Positions 27,845 through 37,437 of a stretch of DNA of 64,000 nucleotides are shown in pieces (the first letter of the stretch is position 1; every line of letters begins with the position of its first letter). Source of the DNA: Candidatus Saccharicenans sp. (lineage in GTDB: Bacteria > Acidobacteriota > Aminicenantia > Aminicenantales > Saccharicenantaceae); the NCBI GenBank assembly GCA_026414545.1, contig JAOAIU010000005.1, positions 7,657-71,656 on the forward strand, in the 5' to 3' direction. The translations under genes were made by a program, and so were the position numbers. The notes below the pieces were generated by a model that did no database searches, had not been told where the DNA came from, and worked only from the letters and a program-made list of their open reading frames with translations.

Positions 27845-28930
27845 ATGGAGAAGATGAGCTTCCTGATGTCCCCTGATTGTCGCTATTACGCCTGGAATCA
27901 GAGTTTACTCAGTAGCCCGATACTCCGGGCCGGGAAATCGTTGCTAAGAGGCCTGGCCGTTATCATCTTGATGATCTTGATGACCGTCCCGCCGTCACTG
28001 GCGGCAGGTAGCCAGGCCACCCAGCAAACCGCCCTGGCCGGGAAAATAAGCATCTCCGGAGCCTGGGCCCTTTATCCGCTGGCCGTCCGCTGGGCTGAGG
28101 AGTTTCAGAAAGAAAATCCCGGAGTGAAAATAGACCTGCAGGCTGGCGGGGCTGGCAAAGGCATGGCCGACGTCCTGGCTGGCCTGGTGGATATCGGCAT
28201 GGTTTCCCGCGACATCCATCCCGAAGAGCTGGCCCGCGGGGCTCTGCCTCTGGCCGTGGCCAGAGACGCCGTGGTCGGAACCATCAACCAGAAAAATCCT
28301 TTCTTAAAAGCCATACTGGAAAAAGGACTGACCCGGGAGGTATTGAGAGATGTTTTCATAGAAGGAAAAGTAAGATTCTGGGAAGAAATCCTGGGAACCA
28401 CCGGCCAGACTCCCATAAATGTTTACATACGTTCCGATGCCTGCGGGGCTGCTGAAACCTGGGCCGCTTTTCTGGGCGGTCACCAGGAAGACCTCAAAGG
28501 AGTGGCCATCTATGGCGACCCGGGACTGGCCGAAGCTGTCCGACGCGACCCTTGTGGTTTGGGTTTCAACAACCTGAACTTCGCCTACAACCCGGAAACC
28601 CTGAAGCCACACCCCGGCCTGGTCATCTTGCCTCTGGACCTCAACGGAGACGGGCAGCTCGGGCCGGAAGAGGATTTTTACCAGGACCGCAACCGACTGA
28701 CAGCGGCCATTGACCGCGGACTGTATCCTTCTCCGCCAGCCCGCGACCTTTTCCTTGTGGTCAATAAAAGTAATATCCGTTCAGTGACCGTGGCTTTTCT
28801 GGACTGGGTGCTATCCCGCGGGCAGGAGCTGGCCGAAGAGGCCGGGTACCTCAAGCTGGACCTTCAGGCGGCGGCCAGAGAGCGTCAGAAACTCAGGGAA
28901 ATCAGCCATGAGGAGGCTGGCCGTCGATGA
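27845..28930 (+). CDS. pstS: PstS-family phosphate-binding protein (second copy)
   Basis: PBP blocks ISISGAWALYPL, QAGGAGKGMADV and DIGMVSRD are present. The signal-like segment LAVIILMILMTVPPSLAAG is preceded by about 30 odd residues, so the true start may lie downstream of 27845. Confidence 0.75.
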   Translation: MEKMSFLMSPDCRYYAWNQSLLSSPILRAGKSLLRGLAVIILMILMTVPPSLAAGSQATQQTALAGKISISGAWALYPLAVRWAEEFQKENPGVKIDLQAGGAGKGMADVLAGLVDIGMVSRDIHPEELARGALPLAVARDAVVGTINQKNPFLKAILEKGLTREVLRDVFIEGKVRFWEEILGTTGQTPINVYIRSDACGAAETWAAFLGGHQEDLKGVAIYGDPGLAEAVRRDPCGLGFNNLNFAYNPETLKPHPGLVILPLDLNGDGQLGPEEDFYQDRNRLTAAIDRGLYPSPPARDLFLVVNKSNIRSVTVAFLDWVLSRGQELAEEAGYLKLDLQAAARERQKLREISHEEAGRR

Positions 28931-29823
28931 CCGTCAGCAGGTTCGACCGGCGCGACCATGGGCCTCGATTACTCACTGCGCCCTTCGCCTTTTTTCCTGT
29001 GGCCCTGACCGCAGTGATTTTCCTGTCCCTTCTGAATAAGGCCTGGCCATTGCTTTCCTTGAAATCTCTGTCTTCGCTTCTTCTCTCTTCCATCTGGCTT
29101 CCGAGCCGCGGCCATTTTGGCCTCTTGCCTTTTGTTATGGGGACTCTCTGGGTGACTATCACCGCCTTCCTGCTGGCGGTGCCGGTATCCATACTGACAT
29201 CTCTCTATATTTCAGAATACGCACCGGCCCGCTTAAAAAGAATATTTCAGCCAGTCCTGGACCTGCTGGCTGGACTCCCATCAGTCATATACGGGATGTG
29301 GGGAGTCTTGGTGCTGGTGCCGGTGGTGGGCAAATACCTGGCCCCGGTCTTTGGCCACCAGAGCTCCGGTTACAGCATCCTGGCCGCTTCCATGGTCCTG
29401 GCCCTGATGATACTGCCGACCATCATCAGCGTTTCAGTCGAGGTCCTGAACTCGGTTCCCCTGGCCCTCAAGGAAGCGGCCCTGTCCCTTGGGGCTACCA
29501 GGTTTGAAGTCATAAGATACGTAGTAATGAAAAAATCTTTTCCGGGCATACTGGCTGCCTGTGTTCTGGGTCTATCCCGGGCTTTTGGAGAAACCATCGC
29601 CGTGCTGATGGTGGTGGGCAACGTGCCGGTGATCCCCCGCTCCCTGTTCTCCCCCGCTTACCCCCTGCCCGCTCTTCTGGCCAACAACTACGGAGAAATG
29701 ATGTCCATTCCGGGTTATGAATCAGCCCTCAACCTGGCCGCCCTGCTGCTGCTGATCATAGTAGTCGGGTTCAGCATTATGGCCCGCTGGTACCTGGTCA
29801 GAATCAGTCGGAGGTCGGGATGA
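28927..29823 (+). CDS. pstC: PstC-type permease (second copy)
   Basis: ATGA overlap with pstS2. EAA loop EAALSLGATRFEVIRYVVMKKSFPG. Confidence 0.85.
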   Translation: MTVSRFDRRDHGPRLLTAPFAFFPVALTAVIFLSLLNKAWPLLSLKSLSSLLLSSIWLPSRGHFGLLPFVMGTLWVTITAFLLAVPVSILTSLYISEYAPARLKRIFQPVLDLLAGLPSVIYGMWGVLVLVPVVGKYLAPVFGHQSSGYSILAASMVLALMILPTIISVSVEVLNSVPLALKEAALSLGATRFEVIRYVVMKKSFPGILAACVLGLSRAFGETIAVLMVVGNVPVIPRSLFSPAYPLPALLANNYGEMMSIPGYESALNLAALLLLIIVVGFSIMARWYLVRISRRSG

Positions 29824-30707
29824 ACGTCAAATCCGAAGGCCAGAATCGGGCCACGCTCAGGAAGAGGCTGCGGGTAGAGTCTGCCTTTAAGTCCCTCATG
29901 GCTATCTCAGCCTTCCTGGTGTTGCTGAGCCTGGTCTTGATTCTGGCCATAATTCTCTGGAAAAGCTTGCCCGCTCTCAAGCTTTCGATGATAACCCGGA
30001 ACCCCGGGAGCGGTTATTACCTTGGCCGGGAAGGTGGGATCTTAAACGCCATCCTGGGTTCACTGCAAGTTGTGTTTGGGGCCACCCTGCTGGCCTTGCT
30101 CATTGCCCTCCCGGCCGTGGTTTTTCTTAACAGCTATCTGCGACGGAAATCCTGGCTGGCCGAAACTATCCGCTTTTCTCTCGACGTCCTCTGGGGAATC
30201 CCGTCGATAGTCTACGGAGCCTTCGGTTTTCTGGTCATGATAACCTTTCACCTGCGGGCCTCGCTCCTGGCCGGGTTGATTACGGTGGCCATGGTGGAAC
30301 TGCCGATTCTCAGCCGGGCCCTGGACGAGACCATCAAGCTGGTGCCGGCTGAGCTCAGTGAAGCCACCTATTCGCTGGGCGCCAGCCGCTGGCAAACAGC
30401 CACCAGGGTGGTGCTGCGCCAGGCTTTTCCCGGGTTGGTGACCGCGGTGCTCATGGCCATGGGCCGTGGCCTGGGTGATGCCGCCGCCGTCCTGTTCACT
30501 GCCGGTTATACAGATAAGATTACCACTTCCCTGCTGCAACCGGTGGCCACCCTGCCTCTGGCCATCTTTTTCCAGCTGAACTCTCCGTTCCCCGAAGTTC
30601 AGCAGAGAGCCTACGCTTCGGCCGCCATCCTGACCATCCTGGTACTGCTGATCAGCCTGGCCTCGAGGAGCCTAAGCCGCCGGCTTAGCCGGCATAAGAT
30701 TCGTTGA
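29820..30707 (+). CDS. pstA: PstA-type permease (second copy)
   Basis: ATGA overlap with pstC2. EAA loop [25 protein letters not shown]. Confidence 0.85.
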   Translation: MNVKSEGQNRATLRKRLRVESAFKSLMAISAFLVLLSLVLILAIILWKSLPALKLSMITRNPGSGYYLGREGGILNAILGSLQVVFGATLLALLIALPAVVFLNSYLRRKSWLAETIRFSLDVLWGIPSIVYGAFGFLVMITFHLRASLLAGLITVAMVELPILSRALDETIKLVPAELSEATYSLGASRWQTATRVVLRQAFPGLVTAVLMAMGRGLGDAAAVLFTAGYTDKITTSLLQPVATLPLAIFFQLNSPFPEVQQRAYASAAILTILVLLISLASRSLSRRLSRHKIR

Positions 30708-30720
30708 ATGGAGCTCAGAC

Positions 30721-31482
30721 ATGAATGGACCGAGCCGGTTGCGGGTTGAAAATTTAAATGTCTTTTACGGTCAGAACCAGGTGCTGAAAAACATCAGCCT
30801 CGAGCTGCCCGACAACAGGATAACGGTCATCATTGGACCTTCCGGTTGCGGCAAGACTACTCTTCTCAAGAGCCTTAACCGACTTCTTGATGAACAGGAA
30901 GGTGTCCGGGTTGAAGGCCGGGTATTTCTGGACGGACTGGATATCTACCAGCCTGGAGTGGATATTACTCTGATCAGGAAAAGGATGGGACTGCTCTCCC
31001 AGAAACCGCAGGTTCTACCCATGTCCATTTACGATAACGTAGCTTTCGGTCCACGGCTGCTCGGCCTGAGGGACCGGCGGCTGTTGAATGCCCTGGTGGA
31101 AAAATATCTGCGGCTGGCTGGGCTCTGGGATGAAGTGAAAAACCGACTGCAGGAGCCTGCCGCCCGGCTATCCATAGGTCAGCAGCAGCGGTTGTGCCTG
31201 GCCCGGGGACTGGCCGTGGAGCCGGAGGTCATCCTGGGGGATGAGCCTACCTCGGCCCTCGACCCCCAATCAAGCCGCAACGTAGAAACCCAGCTCCTCA
31301 GTCTCAAGGAGCGATACACGATAGTGCTGGTCACCCACATTCTCCGGCAGGCCAGAAGGCTGGCCGATTACGTGGCTTTCCTTTATTTTGGGGAGCTGAT
31401 AGAATTCGGCCCGGCTTCCGAAGTCCTGGTTTCTCCCCGGGACTCCAGAACCCGGGCCTACATCACCGGCGAAATAAGTTAA
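30721..31482 (+). CDS. pstB: PstB-type ATPase (second copy, divergent signature motif)
   Basis: Walker [11 protein letters not shown]-loop LLSQKP, Walker [13 protein letters not shown] and H-loop VTHIL. The signature reads LSIGQQQRL instead of LSGGQ. Confidence 0.88.
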   Translation: MNGPSRLRVENLNVFYGQNQVLKNISLELPDNRITVIIGPSGCGKTTLLKSLNRLLDEQEGVRVEGRVFLDGLDIYQPGVDITLIRKRMGLLSQKPQVLPMSIYDNVAFGPRLLGLRDRRLLNALVEKYLRLAGLWDEVKNRLQEPAARLSIGQQQRLCLARGLAVEPEVILGDEPTSALDPQSSRNVETQLLSLKERYTIVLVTHILRQARRLADYVAFLYFGELIEFGPASEVLVSPRDSRTRAYITGEIS

Positions 31483-31485
31483 TCC

Positions 31486-34374
31486 TTACTTGCTGGCTTT
31501 CTTGAAATCCGAGATGAACCGGTAGAAATCAACCTCGTTGGCCTGCAAGCCGAACTGGTAGACGTAGCGGCCGGCCAGTCGGGAGGCGAACAGAGCCCGG
31601 AGGTAATTCTGGGGCACCCTGGTCAGGAAGCGGGCAATGCCCACCCGGCGCACCAGGGATTTAGGTACCCCGAGCTCGATCACTTTCTCCAGCAGAGCCT
31701 GGTCGTTGAACAGGTCAGAATTATTTATGGCATCCTTGATCAGGTTGATTTTTTCGCTGATCAGGTCGGTCAGGATAGCCCTGGGAATTCCGGTTCTCTC
31801 ATGCTCTTTCCAGATGATTTCAAATTCCAGCCGGGCGTTTTCCCGGATGACCTCGATGATTTCGTTCACATACTGCTGGCGGAAAGGTGATTCTTCGCCA
31901 TCCTTGACGCACATCAACTGGTCCCATTCTTTATCGGTCATGGCCAGGCTGGCCAGCACTTCCAGCGACGAAGAGGTCACCCCACCCTTGTTGGCTGAAG
32001 CATCTTTGTAGATGATGACGCCCTTTTCTTCCAGCCGCAGTCTGGCTTCCTGGGTCAAAAAGAGGTTGGCTCCCTCCACAATTACCTTGAACCGGGGTTT
32101 GCCCTCGGCATCCAGCCAGCACTTCCAGTTGTTGATGTTGATAGAAGCCGGGCGTCCGCCGCAGGGCACGAAAATGTCGGCTTTGAACTTCGGGTGGAGA
32201 TGGAAGGTGTTGCGGAATTCCAGCCCGTTCTCTACCTTCTCCCCGTCTGGTAAAACCAGGTCGCGGTCCTTGATATTGACCAGGAAGCCCTGGGGAGACA
32301 GCAGTGAGCGGTTGAAATTCTCAACCATCTTCCTGGCCTTGGCCAACCGGACCAGCTCCTTGCGGTTGATGCCTTCTGGGTCATACAGGACACCGGAGCC
32401 GTCGATTATGGCCAGGATCTTATCTTTGGATATCAGAATTTCGTTGGAACCTAGGTCACCGTCGGGGCCGCCGGTCATAACCTTGGTAATGTTTTCTTCC
32501 TTGAGCCCGAGCTTCTTCAGGGCACACAGGACGTACTCGTGGACGGAGTTGGTGGTCATGCCATAACGGTCATGCGGAATCCCGCCCATGCTGAGGGGCT
32601 TGCCGGTGGTGAAAGCCTTCCAGAACTTGTAACCACGGACTCTGGCTCTCTGGGCCGCCCATTCCATCAGGTCGGCCGTCCACTCGTCCGGACCCAGGAA
32701 CAGGATGACCTCCTTGCCATAATAATCAACTATGGAATCGTCGGGCATCATCAGGTCCAGAAGACCATCGATGTACTTCTTGAACGCCACGGACATCTTG
32801 TCGGTGAAACCCCAGCGCAGCAGGATGGTACCCTTGGAGCCGCCCTCGGCCAGGTCCTTGTTCTTTCTCTGCTGGGTCAGGGCCAGGTTATAGTTTTCGT
32901 CGAAGATGAAATCCGAATTATTCAGGTAAGTCTGATAATTGATGGAACGGACAATCCTGATGCCGCCCCGGGCGATGTCACGGAAGCGGATATGAAACCC
33001 TCGGAGCTCGCGGCCGATCACATGAAACACGCCGAAGGGGGTGACCGGGTAATCGACCTTGTTCAGGAACTCCGGGTTATACATGTAAGCAATGGAGACT
33101 TTTTCTTTCTTGTAGAAGTTGGTTCGCAGGATGGACTTGATGAAAGTGATAACGGTCAACAGCACCGTCCGGTCGGCTTCTACCGGAACCTCGCGGTTTA
33201 TCTCCCGGGCCAGGGCCTGCAGTTGATCATCTACCTTGTGGTCTTTAATGGCTGGATTGAATTTCCGGTCAAACAGCCCGAACAATTTTTTCACCACAAG
33301 ATAATTATTTATCAGGGCATCCCAGACCCGGTCTTCGGTAAAGGTCTCCTTGGCCAGCCTGGTCTTCATCTCGCGCAGCAAGCCCAGGAGTTCGGGATTA
33401 TCCTTCAGGGCCTGGGACAGCTTCAGGTATTCTTCGTTAAAGCTGCTCAGGAATTGATGGGCGAAACTCCAGGCCGAAGCGCCAAACAACATTTCCTGGG
33501 CGGTCAGCTTGCCTTCGCGGAACAGAACCGACAGCGGGCTTTCGGGGATGACATAAATCAGGCTGATGTCGGAAATCAGGTCCTGCAACTTTTCTTGATC
33601 GGTGATGTCGTCCAGGTAGAAGGTCAGAATGGTCTTGCCGTTGGCAAAATGCTCCATGTATTTCCGCTTGGAAACCAGGCCGTGGGAGTTGATGACGTCG
33701 GAAACATTTATGAAAAACCGCGGAATTGAGTCGCTTTTGCAAACCACGGAGATTCTCAGGGTCTTGTCCTTGGCCACATGGGCCACGTCGATGTACGGCC
33801 TTTCCGGGTCCTTGGCCTTATTCATCAACTCCTGGTAGCGAGCCAGCGTCTCCTTGGGAATGGAGGCCAGGAATTCCCGGTCGGCAATCTTCTTCAGGTC
33901 GGTCTCTTCAGGAGAAACTTCTTTGCTGACAAACTCCGGCTTGCAGACCACATACCAGCGCAGGTACTCAGCCCCGCGCAGCTTGCGAGCCGAGCGGTAG
34001 GACTGGATGCGGAAGCCCGGGTACTTTCTCTCGATTTTCTCCTCGATTTCGATGGCCCGGTAGTGGTTATCTTCCACCAGGTACAGGGCTTCATCGGCCA
34101 GCTCGGTAGCAAAATCAATTCTGACCTGCTGTTCACCCCGCAACCTGGCCAGGATTTCAGCCGAGCGCAGGGCCTCGATATGGCGGGCAATGGTCACCAG
34201 CGGGGTGGACTCAAAATACTGCTCGCTCAAACCGAGGTCTGTGCAGAAGGTCTCAATTTCTTCCCGCACCGTTTCAGGGGCGAAGAAATTATCCTTGAGG
34301 ATGATTTCTTCAATTTTCTTAAGCTGGCTTTCAGTCAAGAAGGCCTTCTTAGCAATCTCTTTCAGAGATTTCAT
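31486..34374 (-). CDS. gdh: Large NAD-specific glutamate dehydrogenase (Bac_GDH-type, about 110 kDa form)
   Basis: 962 aa. The catalytic-domain blocks ARGGIRIVRS...QQRKNKDLAEGGSKGTILL and dinucleotide block VMTGGPDGDLGSNEILIS resemble the large GdhB-type enzymes. The N-terminal region of about 450 aa has no recognisable motif. Confidence 0.7.
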   Translation of the reverse strand: MKSLKEIAKKAFLTESQLKKIEEIILKDNFFAPETVREEIETFCTDLGLSEQYFESTPLVTIARHIEALRSAEILARLRGEQQVRIDFATELADEALYLVEDNHYRAIEIEEKIERKYPGFRIQSYRSARKLRGAEYLRWYVVCKPEFVSKEVSPEETDLKKIADREFLASIPKETLARYQELMNKAKDPERPYIDVAHVAKDKTLRISVVCKSDSIPRFFINVSDVINSHGLVSKRKYMEHFANGKTILTFYLDDITDQEKLQDLISDISLIYVIPESPLSVLFREGKLTAQEMLFGASAWSFAHQFLSSFNEEYLKLSQALKDNPELLGLLREMKTRLAKETFTEDRVWDALINNYLVVKKLFGLFDRKFNPAIKDHKVDDQLQALAREINREVPVEADRTVLLTVITFIKSILRTNFYKKEKVSIAYMYNPEFLNKVDYPVTPFGVFHVIGRELRGFHIRFRDIARGGIRIVRSINYQTYLNNSDFIFDENYNLALTQQRKNKDLAEGGSKGTILLRWGFTDKMSVAFKKYIDGLLDLMMPDDSIVDYYGKEVILFLGPDEWTADLMEWAAQRARVRGYKFWKAFTTGKPLSMGGIPHDRYGMTTNSVHEYVLCALKKLGLKEENITKVMTGGPDGDLGSNEILISKDKILAIIDGSGVLYDPEGINRKELVRLAKARKMVENFNRSLLSPQGFLVNIKDRDLVLPDGEKVENGLEFRNTFHLHPKFKADIFVPCGGRPASININNWKCWLDAEGKPRFKVIVEGANLFLTQEARLRLEEKGVIIYKDASANKGGVTSSSLEVLASLAMTDKEWDQLMCVKDGEESPFRQQYVNEIIEVIRENARLEFEIIWKEHERTGIPRAILTDLISEKINLIKDAINNSDLFNDQALLEKVIELGVPKSLVRRVGIARFLTRVPQNYLRALFASRLAGRYVYQFGLQANEVDFYRFISDFKKASK

Positions 34375-34497
34375 TTTATACTCCTTTGCTGAATTTTTAT
34401 TTTTTCAGAAGAGTGGATTTCCGGGCTTTCCGATTATATTTTTGATTGCTTTTATTATATTAAGCTCAGAAATTTAACTCCCCTGAATTTAGGGCAA

Positions 34498-34526
34498 ATT
34501 ATACCAAAATCCCGGGTCGTTGGCAA
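34498..34526 (-). promoter_or_regulatory. Candidate sigma70-type promoter for gdh
   Basis: On the minus strand: TTGCCA (34526-34521), 17 nt spacer, TATAAT (34503-34498). The leader to the ATG is about 120 nt and AT-rich. Confidence 0.5.
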
Positions 34527-34545
34527 AGTCGGGAAGACTGAAAAT

Positions 34546-35070
34546 TCAGCCCCCGTACCCCAGCAAGGCTACCGTCCAGCAGGCCACGGCCTGGCCTGAG
34601 CCTATCTCCCCCAGCCCCTCGCCGGTCTTGGCCTTAAGGCCAATGTGCGCAGGTTCTATTCCCAGAAGAGGGGCCAGGTTGGCCCTCATGGGCTGGAAAA
34701 ATGGCCCCAGCCTGGGCTTCTCCAGAATGACCACGCTGTCGGTATTAATGACAGTCAGGCCGGCAGCTCGCACCTCAATCATTACCCGCCGCAGCAGTTC
34801 CAGGCTGGGAATGTCCTTGTAAGCGGGGTCGCTATCCGGGAACCGCTGGCCGATGTCGCCCAGGCCGCCGGCACCCAGCAGGGCATCAATCAGGGAATGG
34901 ACCAGGACATCGCCGTCCGAGTGGGCCAGGCAACCTGTCTCCGAAGGTAGACTAACTCCCCCGATGATCAACTTTCGCCCGGGAACCAAACGGTGCAGGT
35001 CATAGCCCAGCCCGGCTTTAATCTTCACGCCCGCCTCCAGGTCAATGCAGTTCTCCATTGTAACGGCCAA
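34546..35070 (-). CDS. ispF: 2-C-methyl-D-erythritol 2,4-cyclodiphosphate synthase
   Basis: [27 protein letters not shown] and the FPDSDP..YK block are present. The start is 35070 or the internal ATG at 35058. The gene overlaps the yacL-like gene end. Confidence 0.9.
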   Translation of the reverse strand: MAVTMENCIDLEAGVKIKAGLGYDLHRLVPGRKLIIGGVSLPSETGCLAHSDGDVLVHSLIDALLGAGGLGDIGQRFPDSDPAYKDIPSLELLRRVMIEVRAAGLTVINTDSVVILEKPRLGPFFQPMRANLAPLLGIEPAHIGLKAKTGEGLGEIGSGQAVACWTVALLGYGG

Positions 35071-36031
35071 AAATCATCTTGCCCACGGTGGTCTGAAGGA
35101 CCGAGGTCACGGTGATATCTACCGTCTGCCCTATCATTCGGCGGGCATTATCCACCACCACCATGGTCCCGTCGTCCAGGTAGGCCACCCCCTGGTCCTT
35201 TTCTTTGCCTTCCTTAAGGATGAAAACTCTCATCGATTCTCCTGGCAACACCACCGGACGGAGGGCGTTGGCCAGCTCGTTGATGTTCAGAACTTCAATC
35301 CCCTGCAGCTTGGCCACTTTGTTCAGATTAAAGTCGTTGGTTATGATCTTGGCCTTGAGCGCTTTGGCACATTCTATGAGCTTGGAATCGACATCCCTGA
35401 TGTCAGGGAAATCCAGGTCGGAAATCACCACCTTGACCCTGGAGATTTTTTGCAACCGGTCCAGGACTTCCAGGCCTCGGCGGCCCCGCTGCCGTTTGAG
35501 CGGGTCGGGAGAATCGGCCACCAGCTGCAGTTCCTTCAACACGAACTGGGGCACGACCAGGTGTCCCTCGACAAAGCCCGTGCTGCAGACCTCAGCGATC
35601 CGTCCGTCGATGATGACCGAGGTATCCAGCAACTTATAGGTCTTCTCTGTTCCCTGACTCCGGAAAAAATTGGCAAAAAAGCCCGGCTCCAGCCATTCAG
35701 GCTTCTTGATGCCCACCAGGAAACCGATGTAGGGAAAGGCAATCAGAAAAAAGATGCGGATAAAAGAAGCCATTTCTGAAGTGCGGACGACCGTGTGGTA
35801 AATTGAGCCCAGCAGCCAGCCGGCCAGCACACCCAGCAGGGTACCGATGGAGGCCGTCCAGATGATCCGGAACTGGGCCTTGCGCACTCTTGTTTCCAGC
35901 AGAATGATCAGCACTCCCAGTAGCAGTCCGACCACCGCGCCGGCCGTTCGAGTGAGGGTAAAGGGTGGATAAAAATAGCCGGCAATGATTACCAGAGTAA
36001 TGATGATTAACCTGAATATTATTAAACCCAT
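35042..36031 (-). CDS. Membrane-anchored PIN/TRAM domain protein (YacL-like)
   Basis: Four N-terminal hydrophobic helices, a PIN domain ([14 protein letters not shown]) and a C-terminal TRAM domain ([24 protein letters not shown]). The radA-yacL-ispF context matches Firmicutes-type synteny. Confidence 0.8.
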   Translation of the reverse strand: MGLIIFRLIIITLVIIAGYFYPPFTLTRTAGAVVGLLLGVLIILLETRVRKAQFRIIWTASIGTLLGVLAGWLLGSIYHTVVRTSEMASFIRIFFLIAFPYIGFLVGIKKPEWLEPGFFANFFRSQGTEKTYKLLDTSVIIDGRIAEVCSTGFVEGHLVVPQFVLKELQLVADSPDPLKRQRGRRGLEVLDRLQKISRVKVVISDLDFPDIRDVDSKLIECAKALKAKIITNDFNLNKVAKLQGIEVLNINELANALRPVVLPGESMRVFILKEGKEKDQGVAYLDDGTMVVVDNARRMIGQTVDITVTSVLQTTVGKMIFGRYNGELH

Positions 36032-36081
36032 ATTAATCCTTCCTTCAGGTCCGGCATCATTTTACAAAATTGGGCTTGAAA

Positions 36082-37437
36082 TTAAAATACCTGAGCCAGC
36101 GCCCGGCGGACCGAATCCACCCCCAGGCACTTGATACCCTGAAGATTTTCGCCCCGCAGCTGGGTCAGGTTGCCGGCCGGCATCAACACCGTCTCAAACC
36201 CGAGCGACCTGGCCTCTTTCACCCGGGCCAGAGGCTGGCTGACCGAGCGAACTTCCCCGCTGAGGCCCACCTCCCCGAAGACGGCCATTTCCCGGGGCAG
36301 CGGAAGATTCTTGATTGAGGAAATAACAGATAGCACCACACCCAGGTCGGCCGCCGGCTCATCCACTTCCAGCCCTCCGGCCACATTGAGATATATGTCC
36401 TCGCCGGCAAAACTGTAGCCAATTTTCTTCTCAACCAGGGCCAGGAGCATGGACACCCGGTAGTGGTCGAGGCCGATGGACATTCGCCTCGGATTACCGG
36501 AGAAAAGTGTCGATGAAACCAGGGCCTGGATTTCTACCAGCAGGGGTCTCGAGCCCTTGATGGTCGAAATCACCACGCTGCCCGGCTCGTTCTGAGGCCT
36601 TTCCCGAAGGAAGAAGGCCGAGGGGTTGTCAATGGGTTTCAGGCCGGACTGGCCCATCTCAAAAATGGCCAGCTCCGAGACCGGCCCGAAGCGATTCTTA
36701 AGCACCCGCAACACCCGGTGGTGATGGTCTCTTTCCCCCTCAAACAACAGCACCACATCCACCATGTGTTCCAGCGACTTGGGGCCGGCCAGGCTGCCTT
36801 CCTTGGTAATATGGCCGATCAGGAACACCGGAATCTGGTTTTTCTTGGCCAGCCGGAACACCCGGTTGGTGACTTCCCGCACCTGGCTGATGGTACCCGG
36901 GCTGGAGGTCAGCTGCGAAGAAAAAATTGTCTGGACCGAATCAATGATCATGGCCCGGGGCTTCATCCGGTCAGCCGCGTTCAGTATTCTTTCCAGGGCC
37001 GTTTCGGCCAGCAGATAGACTTTTTCGCGGCTCAGACCCAGCCGGTCGCCCCGCAGCTTGATCTGTTCCAGGGATTCTTCACCCGAGACATACAGCACCG
37101 GGCCTTCCTCTGAAGCCAGGTCTCTTGAAACCTGAAGGAGCAGGGTAGACTTGCCTATTCCCGGCTCCCCGCCGATAAGGACCACCGAACCGAGCACCAG
37201 CCCGCCGCCCAGCACATTGTTGAACTGGTCGATGCCGACCGGAATCCTCTGGTTGGTTGTTTCTTTTATGTCCTGGTAGAGAACTGGTTCACCCCCGCTT
37301 TCCAGGACCTCGCCGGCGAATTCCTCTTCCAGTTCCTCGACCATGGTGTTCCACTCGCCACACTGGCTGCAGCGACCGAGCCACTTGGGCGAATGAAAAC
37401 CGCAGTTCTGGCAGACAAAGACGGTTCCCTTTTTCAT
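36082..37437 (-). CDS. radA: DNA repair protein RadA/Sms
   Basis: Zinc ribbon CQNCGFHSPKWLGRCSQCGEW, Walker A GGEPGIGKSTLL, the KNRFG motif and a Lon-protease-like C-domain. Confidence 0.93.
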   Translation of the reverse strand: MKKGTVFVCQNCGFHSPKWLGRCSQCGEWNTMVEELEEEFAGEVLESGGEPVLYQDIKETTNQRIPVGIDQFNNVLGGGLVLGSVVLIGGEPGIGKSTLLLQVSRDLASEEGPVLYVSGEESLEQIKLRGDRLGLSREKVYLLAETALERILNAADRMKPRAMIIDSVQTIFSSQLTSSPGTISQVREVTNRVFRLAKKNQIPVFLIGHITKEGSLAGPKSLEHMVDVVLLFEGERDHHHRVLRVLKNRFGPVSELAIFEMGQSGLKPIDNPSAFFLRERPQNEPGSVVISTIKGSRPLLVEIQALVSSTLFSGNPRRMSIGLDHYRVSMLLALVEKKIGYSFAGEDIYLNVAGGLEVDEPAADLGVVLSVISSIKNLPLPREMAVFGEVGLSGEVRSVSQPLARVKEARSLGFETVLMPAGNLTQLRGENLQGIKCLGVDSVRRALAQVF

